From the NCBI GenBank assembly GCA_029246995.1, contig JAQWMB010000004.1, positions 14,196 through 78,195 on the forward strand: a DNA stretch of 64,000 bases, written 5' to 3'. This DNA is from Dehalococcoidia bacterium (GTDB lineage Bacteria > Chloroflexota > Dehalococcoidia > UBA2979). The stretch's first letter is position 1; every line of letters begins with the position of its first letter. The notes beneath the pieces are model-generated. The model was not told the DNA's origin. It made no database searches and worked only from the letters and a program-made list of their open reading frames with translations. Of the stretch, positions 9,699 to 19,061 are shown piece by piece. Made by a program: the position numbers and the translations under genes.

Positions 9699-10130
9699 TT
9701 ATAGAATACTTTCTTTATTACTAGATTTTTTACTAGATGTATCATTTTCAGATTCATCTTTTTCTTGATCTTCAGATTCAGCATTTTTCATCATGTTATA
9801 GCAACTTGAACAATATATTGGTCTTTCACCTCTTGGTAAAAAAGGAACTTCTGTATATTTTTGGCAATCTGGACTTAAGTTTTTCGATCCTGAACATGGT
9901 GCTACATGTAATCTTCTTGGTGTTTTACCAGAATATGAAACTGCTCTTCCATAATTGAATGATTCTTCATTACCAGAATCACCAGACTGCTTCCTTCTTT
10001 GCCTGCAAACATTACATCTCCTAGGTACATTTTGTAGGCCTTTACTAGAATAAAATTCTTGCTCACCAGCTGTAAATATAAATGCTTGACTGCATTCTTC
10101 ACAAATAATTTCTTTATCGGAAAATGACAT
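9699..10130 (-). CDS. Double zinc-ribbon protein of unknown function
   Basis: First module: CEEC...FIFTAGEQEFYSSKG...RRCNVCRQRRK. Second Cys module: C..SPDC...VPFLPRGERPIYCSSCY. Acidic/Ser-rich tail. The stop is 3 nt before the ileS start. Confidence 0.75.
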   Translation of the reverse strand: MSFSDKEIICEECSQAFIFTAGEQEFYSSKGLQNVPRRCNVCRQRRKQSGDSGNEESFNYGRAVSYSGKTPRRLHVAPCSGSKNLSPDCQKYTEVPFLPRGERPIYCSSCYNMMKNAESEDQEKDESENDTSSKKSSNKESIL

Positions 10131-10176
10131 AACAACCTCTATAACTAATTTTTAGAATATTGTAGCGTTAACTATA

Positions 10177-11733
10177 TCAATTTTCTTGTTTGAGAAAATG
10201 AATAATGCTATCAGTTTTTTCCTTTAAGAAAATTCTATAAATAATAAAATAGAACGCTACACCTAGAGTTATTGTAAAGATAAGTTGCAAGTACTCGCTA
10301 CTTATATATTTTTTAAATAGATAAGTACTGCAAATATCCAAAGATATGTACATTAGCATTGAAATAAATAACACTTGAATTGTTTCAACTATTAGCTTTC
10401 TGTAATTAAGATCTATTGATCTAAATTTTAGAAAGTATATTAAAATGATTAATTCAATAATTGAAGCTATGCTACCAGCTATTGCAATTGCTTTATATCC
10501 AAAATCATCTACAAAAAATGCACAAATTAGTATGTTCGCTATTACTGATACTATAGTTGCTATGACTGGAGTCTTTGTATCCATTGTAGCGTAATAAACT
10601 CTGCTCATAATCTCTGTTAAAGAGAATGCTATAATAATGGGTGAAAAATACAGAACTATGTCTTGAACAAGTACAGTCGATTGAGAATCAAACGCACCAT
10701 GTTCAAAAATAATTTTAACTATAGGACCCATTAAAAAGATAATGCCTGTAAGTGCTGGAATAGATAGGAAAATAATTAAGAAAATTGCAAACTCTACTAA
10801 TTGTTTGAATTCTTCAGATTTTTTAGCAACAAATAGTTTTGATATTTGCGGGAACATAGCTATTGAAATGGACATGCCAATCAATGCGACTGGAAGCATG
10901 ATGAACATATGAGCGTAATTGAATGCATTAATGGTTTGCTCAGAAATAGTCGAAGCGAAGATTATAAATATAATTAAATTGATTTGATTTGCTGCGAGGC
11001 CAATTGTTCTTGGTAAGGCAAGTTGAATTATTTTTCTGACATTATTTGATTGAATATTAAATTGAGGATGCCACTTCATTTTCATTATCTTTAACATTAT
11101 TAATTGAACAAGAAGATGGCCAATACTTCCTATTACTACTGCAAAGGCTAAACCTTTTACTCCGTAATTTATTGTTAAAGTTAAGGCACCAATGATGATA
11201 GATAGATTGTATATTGTAGGAGCAATTGCAGGAGCAAGAAAATGATTTTTACTATTTAAGATGCCAGTTGCCATGCCTGAAATACAAAAGAATATTGGCG
11301 ATATAAGCATAATCCTTGTAAGATCAATTGCTAAAGATTTTACAGTTAAGCTTAGTCCAGGAGCAATTAAAGTTATTAAATGATCTGTAAATAACATACA
11401 AATAATGCAAAAAAGCAAAGTTAAAGTTGTTAAAATATTTATTATTGATGATGCTAGTCTCCAGCCTTCATCATCTCCATCATTGGTTAGCACACTGCTA
11501 AATATTGGGATGAATGCTGCTGAAAGTGTCGCTCCAGATAATAAATTGAATAATAGATCTGGTATTCTAAATGCAACCCAATAGGCAGCAATTTCTGGAG
11601 ATGTTCCAAATTGATCAGCTATAACAATTGTTTTTATAATTCCAGTCAACCTTGCAAAAATAAACCCCAGACTCACTATTGAGACAGCAGGTAAATATTT
11701 ATTCAGTTTTGCGAATTTATTGCTTAAACCCAT
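10177..11733 (-). CDS. murJ: Lipid II flippase MurJ/MviN
   Basis: 518-aa polytopic MOP-family protein. The N-terminus (ARLTGIIKTIVIADQFGTSPEIAAYWVAFRIPDLLFNLL) is typical of MurJ. Confidence 0.88.
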   Translation of the reverse strand: MGLSNKFAKLNKYLPAVSIVSLGFIFARLTGIIKTIVIADQFGTSPEIAAYWVAFRIPDLLFNLLSGATLSAAFIPIFSSVLTNDGDDEGWRLASSIINILTTLTLLFCIICMLFTDHLITLIAPGLSLTVKSLAIDLTRIMLISPIFFCISGMATGILNSKNHFLAPAIAPTIYNLSIIIGALTLTINYGVKGLAFAVVIGSIGHLLVQLIMLKIMKMKWHPQFNIQSNNVRKIIQLALPRTIGLAANQINLIIFIIFASTISEQTINAFNYAHMFIMLPVALIGMSISIAMFPQISKLFVAKKSEEFKQLVEFAIFLIIFLSIPALTGIIFLMGPIVKIIFEHGAFDSQSTVLVQDIVLYFSPIIIAFSLTEIMSRVYYATMDTKTPVIATIVSVIANILICAFFVDDFGYKAIAIAGSIASIIELIILIYFLKFRSIDLNYRKLIVETIQVLFISMLMYISLDICSTYLFKKYISSEYLQLIFTITLGVAFYFIIYRIFLKEKTDSIIHFLKQEN

Positions 11734-11819
11734 ACTTATGTCTAAAACCTCTAGCTTTCAATAAAGATATAGTTATAATTGTTTTTATCCGTTTATTATT
11801 ATATTAAAGGTTATATACT

Positions 11820-12083
11820 ATGGCTCACTCAAATCAAGCAAAAAAACGAGTAAGACAAAATATTAAGGTTGAGGAACAAAATCGCTCTATTAAAAGTCGA
11901 TTATCAACATTGATTAAATCAGCATTTGATGCAATTGATAATAAAGATGATAATGCTAACAATATTGTTAGGTCTGCTCAGTCATATATAGATCGTGCAG
12001 CAAAGAAAAATATCATTCATAAAAATAAGGCATCTAGAACAAAAGCTCGAATTGATAAATATCAAAAACGAACTGAAGATTAA
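11820..12083 (+). CDS. rpsT: 30S ribosomal protein S20
   Basis: 87-aa basic protein: MAHSNQAKKRVRQN...KSRLSTLIK...IHKNKASRTKAR. Confidence 0.93.
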   Translation: MAHSNQAKKRVRQNIKVEEQNRSIKSRLSTLIKSAFDAIDNKDDNANNIVRSAQSYIDRAAKKNIIHKNKASRTKARIDKYQKRTED

Positions 12084-12110
12084 TTCTTGTAAATTTTATT
12101 TTAGGAAATA

Positions 12111-13139
12111 ATGAAATCAGCAATTTTTCATTCAGCTCACAAAGTTACGATTACTGATAAAGAACCACCAAAATGTCAAGCTGGTGATGTTTTGGTGAAA
12201 GTTTCTTATGCTAGCCTTTGTGCATCAGATATAAGAGTTTTTAAAGGTGAAAAAAAGGCAGTCGCAGGTGTCATACCTGGACATGAATTTTCTGGTCTTA
12301 TAGAAGATGTTGGAAAGCAAGTAAAAGATTTTAATATTGGGGACAAGGTAAGCCTATGCCCAATATTATCTTGCGGGACATGTACTTTTTGTGTTACAGG
12401 TATGCGTAATAGGTGTGAAAAAAGAAAGACTCTTGGCTATGATATAGATGGTGGCTTTGCAGAATATGCTTTGATACCAAAAGAAATAATTGAACTTAAG
12501 CACTTATTCAAGCTTTCATCTAATGCTAATTTGAAAATTGCAGCTTTGGTTGAGCCACTTGCTTGCGTGATGAATTCAATTCAATCAATTAATTTACAAA
12601 AAGAGGATTCATTAATTATTATTGGTGGCGGCCCTATGGGGCTTATGCATGGAATTCTTGCTATGCATTTTGGTCTATCTGATATTACAATTATTGAACC
12701 AGAAAAGAATAGACGTGATTTAGCAAAAATGATTGGAATAAATAAAGCAGTAGAACCGGAAAATGATGTAGTTGATTTTCTAAATAGAAATCATAAGCCT
12801 GAAGGTTATGATAAAGTTATTTTATCCGTTGGTATCACTGAACTTGTAAATCTAGCGTTAACTTTATCTAAGAAAAAAGGAAATGTTAATTTATTTGCTG
12901 GTTTTCCAATTGGCAAAGATGCTTTTGTAGATGTTAATTCTATTCATTATAAAGAATTAACTGTTTTAGGTACCCAAAATGCTACTTTAAAAAATTATTT
13001 AGATATTTTAGCAATAATTGGTGACTTAAATAATATAGAAAGTTTGATCACTAATGTCTATAAATTAGATCAAGTTCCTGTTGCCTATGAAGACAGACTT
13101 AATTTAAAAGGAGTAAAATCTATCATAGATTTTACTTAA
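12111..13139 (+). CDS. Zn-dependent alcohol/threonine/sorbitol dehydrogenase family (MDR) oxidoreductase
   Basis: GHEFSGLIEDVG catalytic-Zn motif, structural-Zn cysteines CGTCTFCVTGMRNRC, Rossmann IIGGGPMG. Confidence 0.85.
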   Translation: MKSAIFHSAHKVTITDKEPPKCQAGDVLVKVSYASLCASDIRVFKGEKKAVAGVIPGHEFSGLIEDVGKQVKDFNIGDKVSLCPILSCGTCTFCVTGMRNRCEKRKTLGYDIDGGFAEYALIPKEIIELKHLFKLSSNANLKIAALVEPLACVMNSIQSINLQKEDSLIIIGGGPMGLMHGILAMHFGLSDITIIEPEKNRRDLAKMIGINKAVEPENDVVDFLNRNHKPEGYDKVILSVGITELVNLALTLSKKKGNVNLFAGFPIGKDAFVDVNSIHYKELTVLGTQNATLKNYLDILAIIGDLNNIESLITNVYKLDQVPVAYEDRLNLKGVKSIIDFT

Positions 13140-13155
13140 TAATATTGGGAATAAG

Positions 13156-13560
13156 ATGAGTGCTGATAAAGAAGATATTTTTCAAACTAGTTTTGGCACT
13201 ATTTTTCGAGAAACTAGAAAAGCTAGAGGATTGTCTGTGACACAAGTTTCTGAGGAAACAAAAATTAATACTATTTATATAGATGCTTTGGAATCAGAAA
13301 ATTTAGATATTTTTCCTGCCAATGTTTTTGCAAAAAGTTTTTTTACACTTTACGCAAATTTTTTGGAAGTTGATTTACAAGCGGTAGAAGCTTCTTTTCC
13401 ATCAGAAATTAACAGACCACATAATTTAGAGCCATTGCCTAATTTAGAAAAAACTAAAATTGAAAATTTTTATGAAGATTTTTTAGCAATTGAAAAGAGT
13501 GTTTATTTTATTTTATTTGCTTTTATTTTGTTAATAACAGCTTACTTTCTTTTTATTTGA
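13156..13560 (+). CDS. RodZ-like HTH membrane protein (short)
   Basis: N-terminal Xre-type HTH (FRETRKARGLSVTQVSEETKINTIYIDALE) followed by a single C-terminal TM helix (VYFILFAFILLITAYFLFI). No extracellular domain. Confidence 0.6.
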   Translation: MSADKEDIFQTSFGTIFRETRKARGLSVTQVSEETKINTIYIDALESENLDIFPANVFAKSFFTLYANFLEVDLQAVEASFPSEINRPHNLEPLPNLEKTKIENFYEDFLAIEKSVYFILFAFILLITAYFLFI

Positions 13561-13596
13561 AATTATGTTATTAAATTGACGCTCATTGTTATGTAA

Positions 13597-14136
13597 TTAG
13601 TTATTTATATTTTCGTTATTTTCTTGCATGAATTCCGGTAATTGATTTGCATTTTGTAAGCCAAAGTAGGAAAGAAAATTTTGTGTTGTACTAAATAATT
13701 GTGGCCGGCCAATTTTTTCAGCTCTTCCAGATATTTCAATTAAGCCTTTAATTCGTAAATTTGTAATATGACCATCACAGTTTACACCTCTTATTGACTC
13801 AATTTCTGCTCTAGTGATTGGCTGTTTATAGGCAATGATTGCAAGTGTTTCTAGAGTTGCCTTAGTTAATGGCTTGCTTGAATCAAGATTGTTTGCATTA
13901 TTAATCGTTTCATTAGCTTCAGGAATTGTAATTAGTTGTACTCCTTCAGGGCCTGATTGTATTTTTATTCCATGATTATCTAATGAATCACTAATTTCAT
14001 TTATAATATTTTCCATTTGTTTGATAGAAGTATTTACGAGTTTTGCTAGATTAGAGATTTTAAGAGGTTTATTTTGAACAAAGAGAAGCGCTTCAGTAAT
14101 TTTTTTTAAATTTATTAATTTATTTGTATTATTCAT
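13597..14136 (-). CDS. scpB: Segregation and condensation protein B
   Basis: 179 aa. EALLFV...PL and TLAIIAYKQPITRAEIESIRGV...L...GLI winged-helix repeats are typical of ScpB. No scpA is adjacent. Confidence 0.88.
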   Translation of the reverse strand: MNNTNKLINLKKITEALLFVQNKPLKISNLAKLVNTSIKQMENIINEISDSLDNHGIKIQSGPEGVQLITIPEANETINNANNLDSSKPLTKATLETLAIIAYKQPITRAEIESIRGVNCDGHITNLRIKGLIEISGRAEKIGRPQLFSTTQNFLSYFGLQNANQLPEFMQENNENINN

Positions 14137-14248
14137 AATAGTTTCATTTTAATTCATTATTAGTAAGTAACTATATATTATTGCGATTATAATTCAATAT
14201 AACTTAACATGTTTATTATGATTCAGAATATATTTATGAAATAAGTAA

Positions 14249-15109
14249 ATGATAATTGATGCCCACACTCATATTTTTTCTCCGAAACAGATAAAATCAA
14301 GAAAATTTTTGATTAAAAATGATACCACTTTTGGTTCTATATACTCTAACGATAATGCTCTACTAGCATCTGGGGATGACTTATTAACATCAATGAGTAA
14401 ATCTAAAGTTGACTTAAGTATTATTATGGGATTTCAATGGTCTCAAGAAAATCAATATGATATTCATGCACAATATTTATTAGATCAGCAAAGTAAATTT
14501 CCTGAAAAATTTATATCCTTTGTTCCGTTATCAATTAATTCATTTAATGATATTAGTAGCAAAGTTCGCGATATGCATCTTGCAGGTGCTAGAGGGTTTG
14601 GAGAGATTAGAATTAATAAAGAGATTAATAGCAAATCATTTATTAATGAGATTCTCCCTGAGCTAATCCGGTCTGTAAGTAAATATAACCTATTAATAAA
14701 TTTTCATACTACAGAACCAATAGGCCATGCGTATCCAGGTAAATTGGGTGGACTGTCTTTAAGGGATATGTGGTCGATATTATCAGATTTTCGATTACAA
14801 AAATTATATATCATTGCTTCTCATTTTGGGGCTGGCTTACCAATGTATTCCGCAATGCCTGAAGTTTTAAAAAGATTAAACAGCCAAAATATATATTTCG
14901 ATACATCAGCTTTTCAATTTCTTTATGATAATGTTGCATTAGAAAATGCAGTAAAATTCTTAGGGCATTCTAAGTTTATTTGGGGTTCTGATTATCCATT
15001 AATTGATCAAACAAAAGATTTAGAATTTTTTTCTAATATTAATCTTGATAGGAGAGAGCAGAATGCTATTCTAGGTGGCAATCTAGCTCATATTTTAGGC
15101 CTATCTTAA
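14249..15109 (+). CDS. Amidohydrolase-2 family metal-dependent hydrolase
   Basis: N-terminal IIDAHTHIF (HxH), later H residues and GSDYP, in a TIM-barrel amidohydrolase pattern. Convergent 9-nt overlap with folC. Confidence 0.75.
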   Translation: MIIDAHTHIFSPKQIKSRKFLIKNDTTFGSIYSNDNALLASGDDLLTSMSKSKVDLSIIMGFQWSQENQYDIHAQYLLDQQSKFPEKFISFVPLSINSFNDISSKVRDMHLAGARGFGEIRINKEINSKSFINEILPELIRSVSKYNLLINFHTTEPIGHAYPGKLGGLSLRDMWSILSDFRLQKLYIIASHFGAGLPMYSAMPEVLKRLNSQNIYFDTSAFQFLYDNVALENAVKFLGHSKFIWGSDYPLIDQTKDLEFFSNINLDRREQNAILGGNLAHILGLS

Positions 15110-16462
15110 ATTAAGCTTTCTATCTCCATCAATTGAAAGTAATTTTTCTCTAGCTTCAGAGATTAAATAAATACTGCCAGTAATTAAAATGTATTGATCG
15201 CCATTCATTTTTTCTAATGCGTTTTTTAATGCATCATCGATATTAATATTTGTGTGTATGTTTGAGCTATATTTTGCAAAAATACTTTTTATTTTATTAA
15301 TTGACATAGCTCTAGAAGATTTTGGTTGAGTAATTATAATTTCTGTTTTGTTGTTACAGATTTGCTTAGCTATTGAGTCTATTTTTTTATTTTGTAAACT
15401 GCCAAAAATCACTATTCTTTTTTTTGGTAGTTTGATATCCGTAAGTGTTTCCTCTAGTCTCTTTGCTGAAAGTTGGCTATGCATGCCATCCAAAAGAATT
15501 AAAGGATTTTCTCTTATTTTTTCTATTCTTCCAGGTAATTTTACTTGTGACAATCCTTCTTTGACATATTGATAAGGTAATTTTTCTTTATAAACCTTTT
15601 GCCAAGCAATTTCACAGGCCCTAATTGCTGATGCAGCATTTTCTGCCTGATGTTTGCCTATAGCATTTAATTGAATATTTTTGTATTTTTCTAATGGGGT
15701 GTCTATATCTACAATTTGATAGTCAATTGAATGTTTTTTATATGTAATTTTACAATCGGTAATTATTTTATGAATTTTTGACTCTATTAAACTAGCCTGC
15801 TCTTCAATAATTTTTATTCTGGATTTTGGCATTTTGGCAATGATTACCTCTTCTTTATATTTAACTATTCCAGTTTTTTCTTTTGCAATTTTATTTATTG
15901 TTTTGCCAAGTATTTCTGTGTGTTCATAATCAATTGGAGTTATAACATTAATAATTTTTTTTGTCATTGCATTGGTTGCATCGAGTCTGCCACCTAATCC
16001 TGTTTCTATGATTTGCCAGTCACAATTAGTTTTTTCTGCGACCTTCCAGCCAATTAAAGTTAATAATTCAAAATATGACCATTGATCAAAAAAAATATCT
16101 TCTACATATTTTTTTGCTATATAAGTAAATAATTTTTTTGATATTGGTTGACCATTAATGATAATTCTTTCAGTGACAGAATGTATGTCTGGGGAAGTGA
16201 ATAAATATATATTTTTTCTTGATTGTAAAAGAATTCCATTTATAAAATGCGCAGTTGAACCTTTTCCTTTAGAACCGGCAATATGTATTGTGTTTCTTTT
16301 ATCAAAATTTTCATTTTTATTTAAATATTCTCTTATATGTGTTATTTTCCAATTTTCATCTTTTAATTTTTGACCATCTTTTTCAAAATTTGATCTACTA
16401 CTTAATTTATTAATAACATTAATGTAATCTTTTTCAATTTTAGTTATTTTACTATTTTTCAA
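15101..16462 (-). CDS. folC: Folylpolyglutamate synthase / dihydrofolate synthase
   Basis: 453-aa Mur-ligase fold. P-loop HIAGSKGKGST, ETGLGGRLDATN, and DGMHS in the C-terminal domain. Confidence 0.9.
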   Translation of the reverse strand: MKNSKITKIEKDYINVINKLSSRSNFEKDGQKLKDENWKITHIREYLNKNENFDKRNTIHIAGSKGKGSTAHFINGILLQSRKNIYLFTSPDIHSVTERIIINGQPISKKLFTYIAKKYVEDIFFDQWSYFELLTLIGWKVAEKTNCDWQIIETGLGGRLDATNAMTKKIINVITPIDYEHTEILGKTINKIAKEKTGIVKYKEEVIIAKMPKSRIKIIEEQASLIESKIHKIITDCKITYKKHSIDYQIVDIDTPLEKYKNIQLNAIGKHQAENAASAIRACEIAWQKVYKEKLPYQYVKEGLSQVKLPGRIEKIRENPLILLDGMHSQLSAKRLEETLTDIKLPKKRIVIFGSLQNKKIDSIAKQICNNKTEIIITQPKSSRAMSINKIKSIFAKYSSNIHTNINIDDALKNALEKMNGDQYILITGSIYLISEAREKLLSIDGDRKLNLR

Positions 16463-16575
16463 GAGTCTGCCTTTTCAAAATAAATGTATCAAATTAGTTA
16501 TTTTCTATAATTTTAGTATATGTATCAGTATATTTAATCTAAAATATTAAATTAAATAAAATTAAATTACTTAAT

Positions 16576-17274
16576 ATGAAAATAAAATGGCACACTCTAG
16601 ATTTATCTAGTGAACATAAATTACTTCCAATTACGAAAGAACTCATACACGATGATTTCTTTATTAAGATTGATATTGGACCAAAAAACAATATCGGTGC
16701 TGAATATTTTAAATTATTCATTGAGAAAAAAGATATTATTTCTGAGATACCAATTATTTTTGGTCTTTGTAATTTTGGTAAATATCCTGGTAATAATTGG
16801 ATAGAAGTTCTGCAATATAATAATGAAATAAGATTTAATGACGATTCTCTTTTAACTCTTAATGAAGAGGCTGAATTGGAAATATTTCAAAAAATAGGTT
16901 CAATTATTCCATTAGGTGGACACATGATGATTGAATATGAATCAGAAATTAGAAGGCTAACTGCTCGTTCTTTATTGGTGGGAGTGCCTCCTGATGCAAC
17001 ACCAATTGGAAGATTATTATATTTTGCAGGATGTGGTTACGCTATTAGAAATTGGTATATTCCTGAAGGCGGGAGAGAAGGTTCACGAAAACTGCAAGGG
17101 TTTAAGCCAATTGATCAAAATCATCAAATAACTAATATAAAAAAGCAAATGATACTTTTAAATAATTATTTGCGCTCTAATAGCGATATTGAATGGGACA
17201 TTACGGGATATACTAAGCCAATTGCAGAGCAAGCATATACCTTTTTATCTGATATAATAAAAAACGGAAAATGA
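16576..17274 (+). CDS. Hypothetical protein (conserved-looking, unknown function)
   Basis: 232-aa ORF directly upstream of fbp. Block GGHMMIEYESE...GVPPDATPIGRLLYFAGCGYAIRNWYIPEGGREGSRKLQGFKP looks like a conserved domain. I cannot name it with confidence (vaguely DUF1122-like). Confidence 0.7.
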   Translation: MKIKWHTLDLSSEHKLLPITKELIHDDFFIKIDIGPKNNIGAEYFKLFIEKKDIISEIPIIFGLCNFGKYPGNNWIEVLQYNNEIRFNDDSLLTLNEEAELEIFQKIGSIIPLGGHMMIEYESEIRRLTARSLLVGVPPDATPIGRLLYFAGCGYAIRNWYIPEGGREGSRKLQGFKPIDQNHQITNIKKQMILLNNYLRSNSDIEWDITGYTKPIAEQAYTFLSDIIKNGK

Positions 17275-17340
17275 TTACTAACAATTAGCGTTTATCTTAA
17301 ATCTTTTGTTATAATTTTTTTTAACCAACGAGGGGGGAAA

Positions 17341-18435
17341 ATGACAAGAACACTTAGTGTTATTAAAGCGGATATAGGCGGGTTCGTAGGACATTCAGGA
17401 ATGCATCCTGAGGTAATGGATATTTTACGCTCTAATATGGAAAAATCTATAAAAAATTCTCTATTAATAGATGGTCAAGTATATTCATGTGGAGATGATG
17501 CTTTTTTGATAATGTCTCATGATAAAGGAGCTGATAATAAAGAGGTTCATGAGTTTGCTTGGGATTCTTTTATAGATGGCACAGAAGTTGCAAAAAAATT
17601 ACATTTGTATGGTGCAGGCCAAGATTTACTAGTGGATGCTTTTTCTGGTAATATTAAAGGAGCTGGACCAGGATCTGCAGAATTAGAATATGAAGAAAGG
17701 CCTTCTGAGCCTGTCATTATTTTTATGGGAGATAAAACTTCTTCCGGTTCATTTAATCTGCCATTTTATAAAATGTTTGCAGATCCCTTTAATACAGCTG
17801 GTTTGGTGATTTCAGAGGCCCTACATAAAGGTTTTGCTTTTGAAGTTCATGATATCAAGGAACATAAAAAAATAATATTAAATTCTCCTGAAGAGATATA
17901 CGATCTTTTAGTTTTTATAGGCTCTCCTGCTCGTTATGCTATAAAGAGAATTATAAGTCGTTCTAGTAATTCTGTTGCATGTGTATCTTCCACTGATAAA
18001 TTATCTGAAATTGCTGGTAGGTATGTTGGAAAAGATGATCCAACTGCAATTGTTCGATGTCAAGGTGATTATCCCGCTGTAGGTGAAGTGCTTGAAGCTT
18101 TTACTACTGCTTGGACAGTTGAAGGTTTTATGCGTGGTTCCCATTATGGACCGTGGATGCCAGTATCTTTAAAGGAGTCAAATCCTTCAAGATTTGATGG
18201 GCCTCCTAGAGTAGTTGCTCTAGGATTTCAATTGGCTGATGGCAAGCTCATAGGACCCAGGGATATGTTTGATGATCCTTCCTTCAATAATGCAAGGACT
18301 GAAGCTAATAATATTTCAGATTATTTGAGAAAACATGGTCCTTTTGAGCCTCATAGACTTCCATTAGATGAAATGGAATATACAACAATGCCACAAGTTG
18401 CAGATAAATTAAGTAGCAGATGGTCAGAAGTTTAG
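17341..18435 (+). CDS. fbp: Bifunctional fructose-1,6-bisphosphate aldolase/phosphatase (class V FBPase)
   Basis: SVIKADIGGFVGH, YGAGQDLL..FSGN..G.GPG.AE, YKMFADPFNTAGLVI, YVGKDDP, MRGSHYGPWMPVS, FDGPPRVVALGF and HGPFEPHRL match the archaeal-type FBPA/P nearly end to end. SD is GAGGGGGG. Confidence 0.95.
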   Translation: MTRTLSVIKADIGGFVGHSGMHPEVMDILRSNMEKSIKNSLLIDGQVYSCGDDAFLIMSHDKGADNKEVHEFAWDSFIDGTEVAKKLHLYGAGQDLLVDAFSGNIKGAGPGSAELEYEERPSEPVIIFMGDKTSSGSFNLPFYKMFADPFNTAGLVISEALHKGFAFEVHDIKEHKKIILNSPEEIYDLLVFIGSPARYAIKRIISRSSNSVACVSSTDKLSEIAGRYVGKDDPTAIVRCQGDYPAVGEVLEAFTTAWTVEGFMRGSHYGPWMPVSLKESNPSRFDGPPRVVALGFQLADGKLIGPRDMFDDPSFNNARTEANNISDYLRKHGPFEPHRLPLDEMEYTTMPQVADKLSSRWSEV

Positions 18436-18447
18436 AAATGGTCGGCA

Positions 18448-19032
18448 TTGATTAGAAAAATTTTATTTGCTTCTTCAAATGAACATAAATTAGATGAGAT
18501 GCGTAATCTTTTTTCTAGTTCTAGCTGGCAAATTATTTCACCAAAAGAAATTGGCATCAGGCCTTTAAATGTTTTAGAGTTCGGGAGTTCATATGCTCAA
18601 AATGCAATTGCAAAAATTGAAGCATATCAACAGTATACACATTTACCAATTTTAGCTGATGATTCTGGCATTGAAGTTAAGGCATTGAATGGTAAGCCAG
18701 GTATATATTCTGCAAGGTTTGGTGGGCAATTTATAAAAAATGATACGCAACGTAATGAATATTTATTGAGATTACTCGATGAAGTGGTTTTTTATAATAG
18801 GACGGCAATTTTTAAAGCAGTTTTAGCAATTAGATTTCATGATTCTGAAACAATTATTAGAGAAGGTAATGTTTTAGGACATATAGCCTTAGAATCTAGA
18901 GGGATGAACGGTTTTGGGTATGACCCTATCTTTGAATTAAATAATGGTCAAACTATGGCTGAGCTTGGAAGTCAGAAGCAAGAAATTAGTCATAGAGCCC
19001 TGGCAGTGAAAGCTTTGCTTGATGTTTTATAG
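18448..19032 (+). CDS. rdgB: Non-canonical purine NTP pyrophosphatase (dITP/XTP)
   Basis: TTG start. FASSNEHKLDEM, ADDSGIEVKALNGKPGIYSARF, GFGYDPIF, SHRALA. Confidence 0.92.
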   Translation: MIRKILFASSNEHKLDEMRNLFSSSSWQIISPKEIGIRPLNVLEFGSSYAQNAIAKIEAYQQYTHLPILADDSGIEVKALNGKPGIYSARFGGQFIKNDTQRNEYLLRLLDEVVFYNRTAIFKAVLAIRFHDSETIIREGNVLGHIALESRGMNGFGYDPIFELNNGQTMAELGSQKQEISHRALAVKALLDVL

Positions 19033-19061
19033 TATTATAAAAGAAAATTAAGTAGTTAAAT

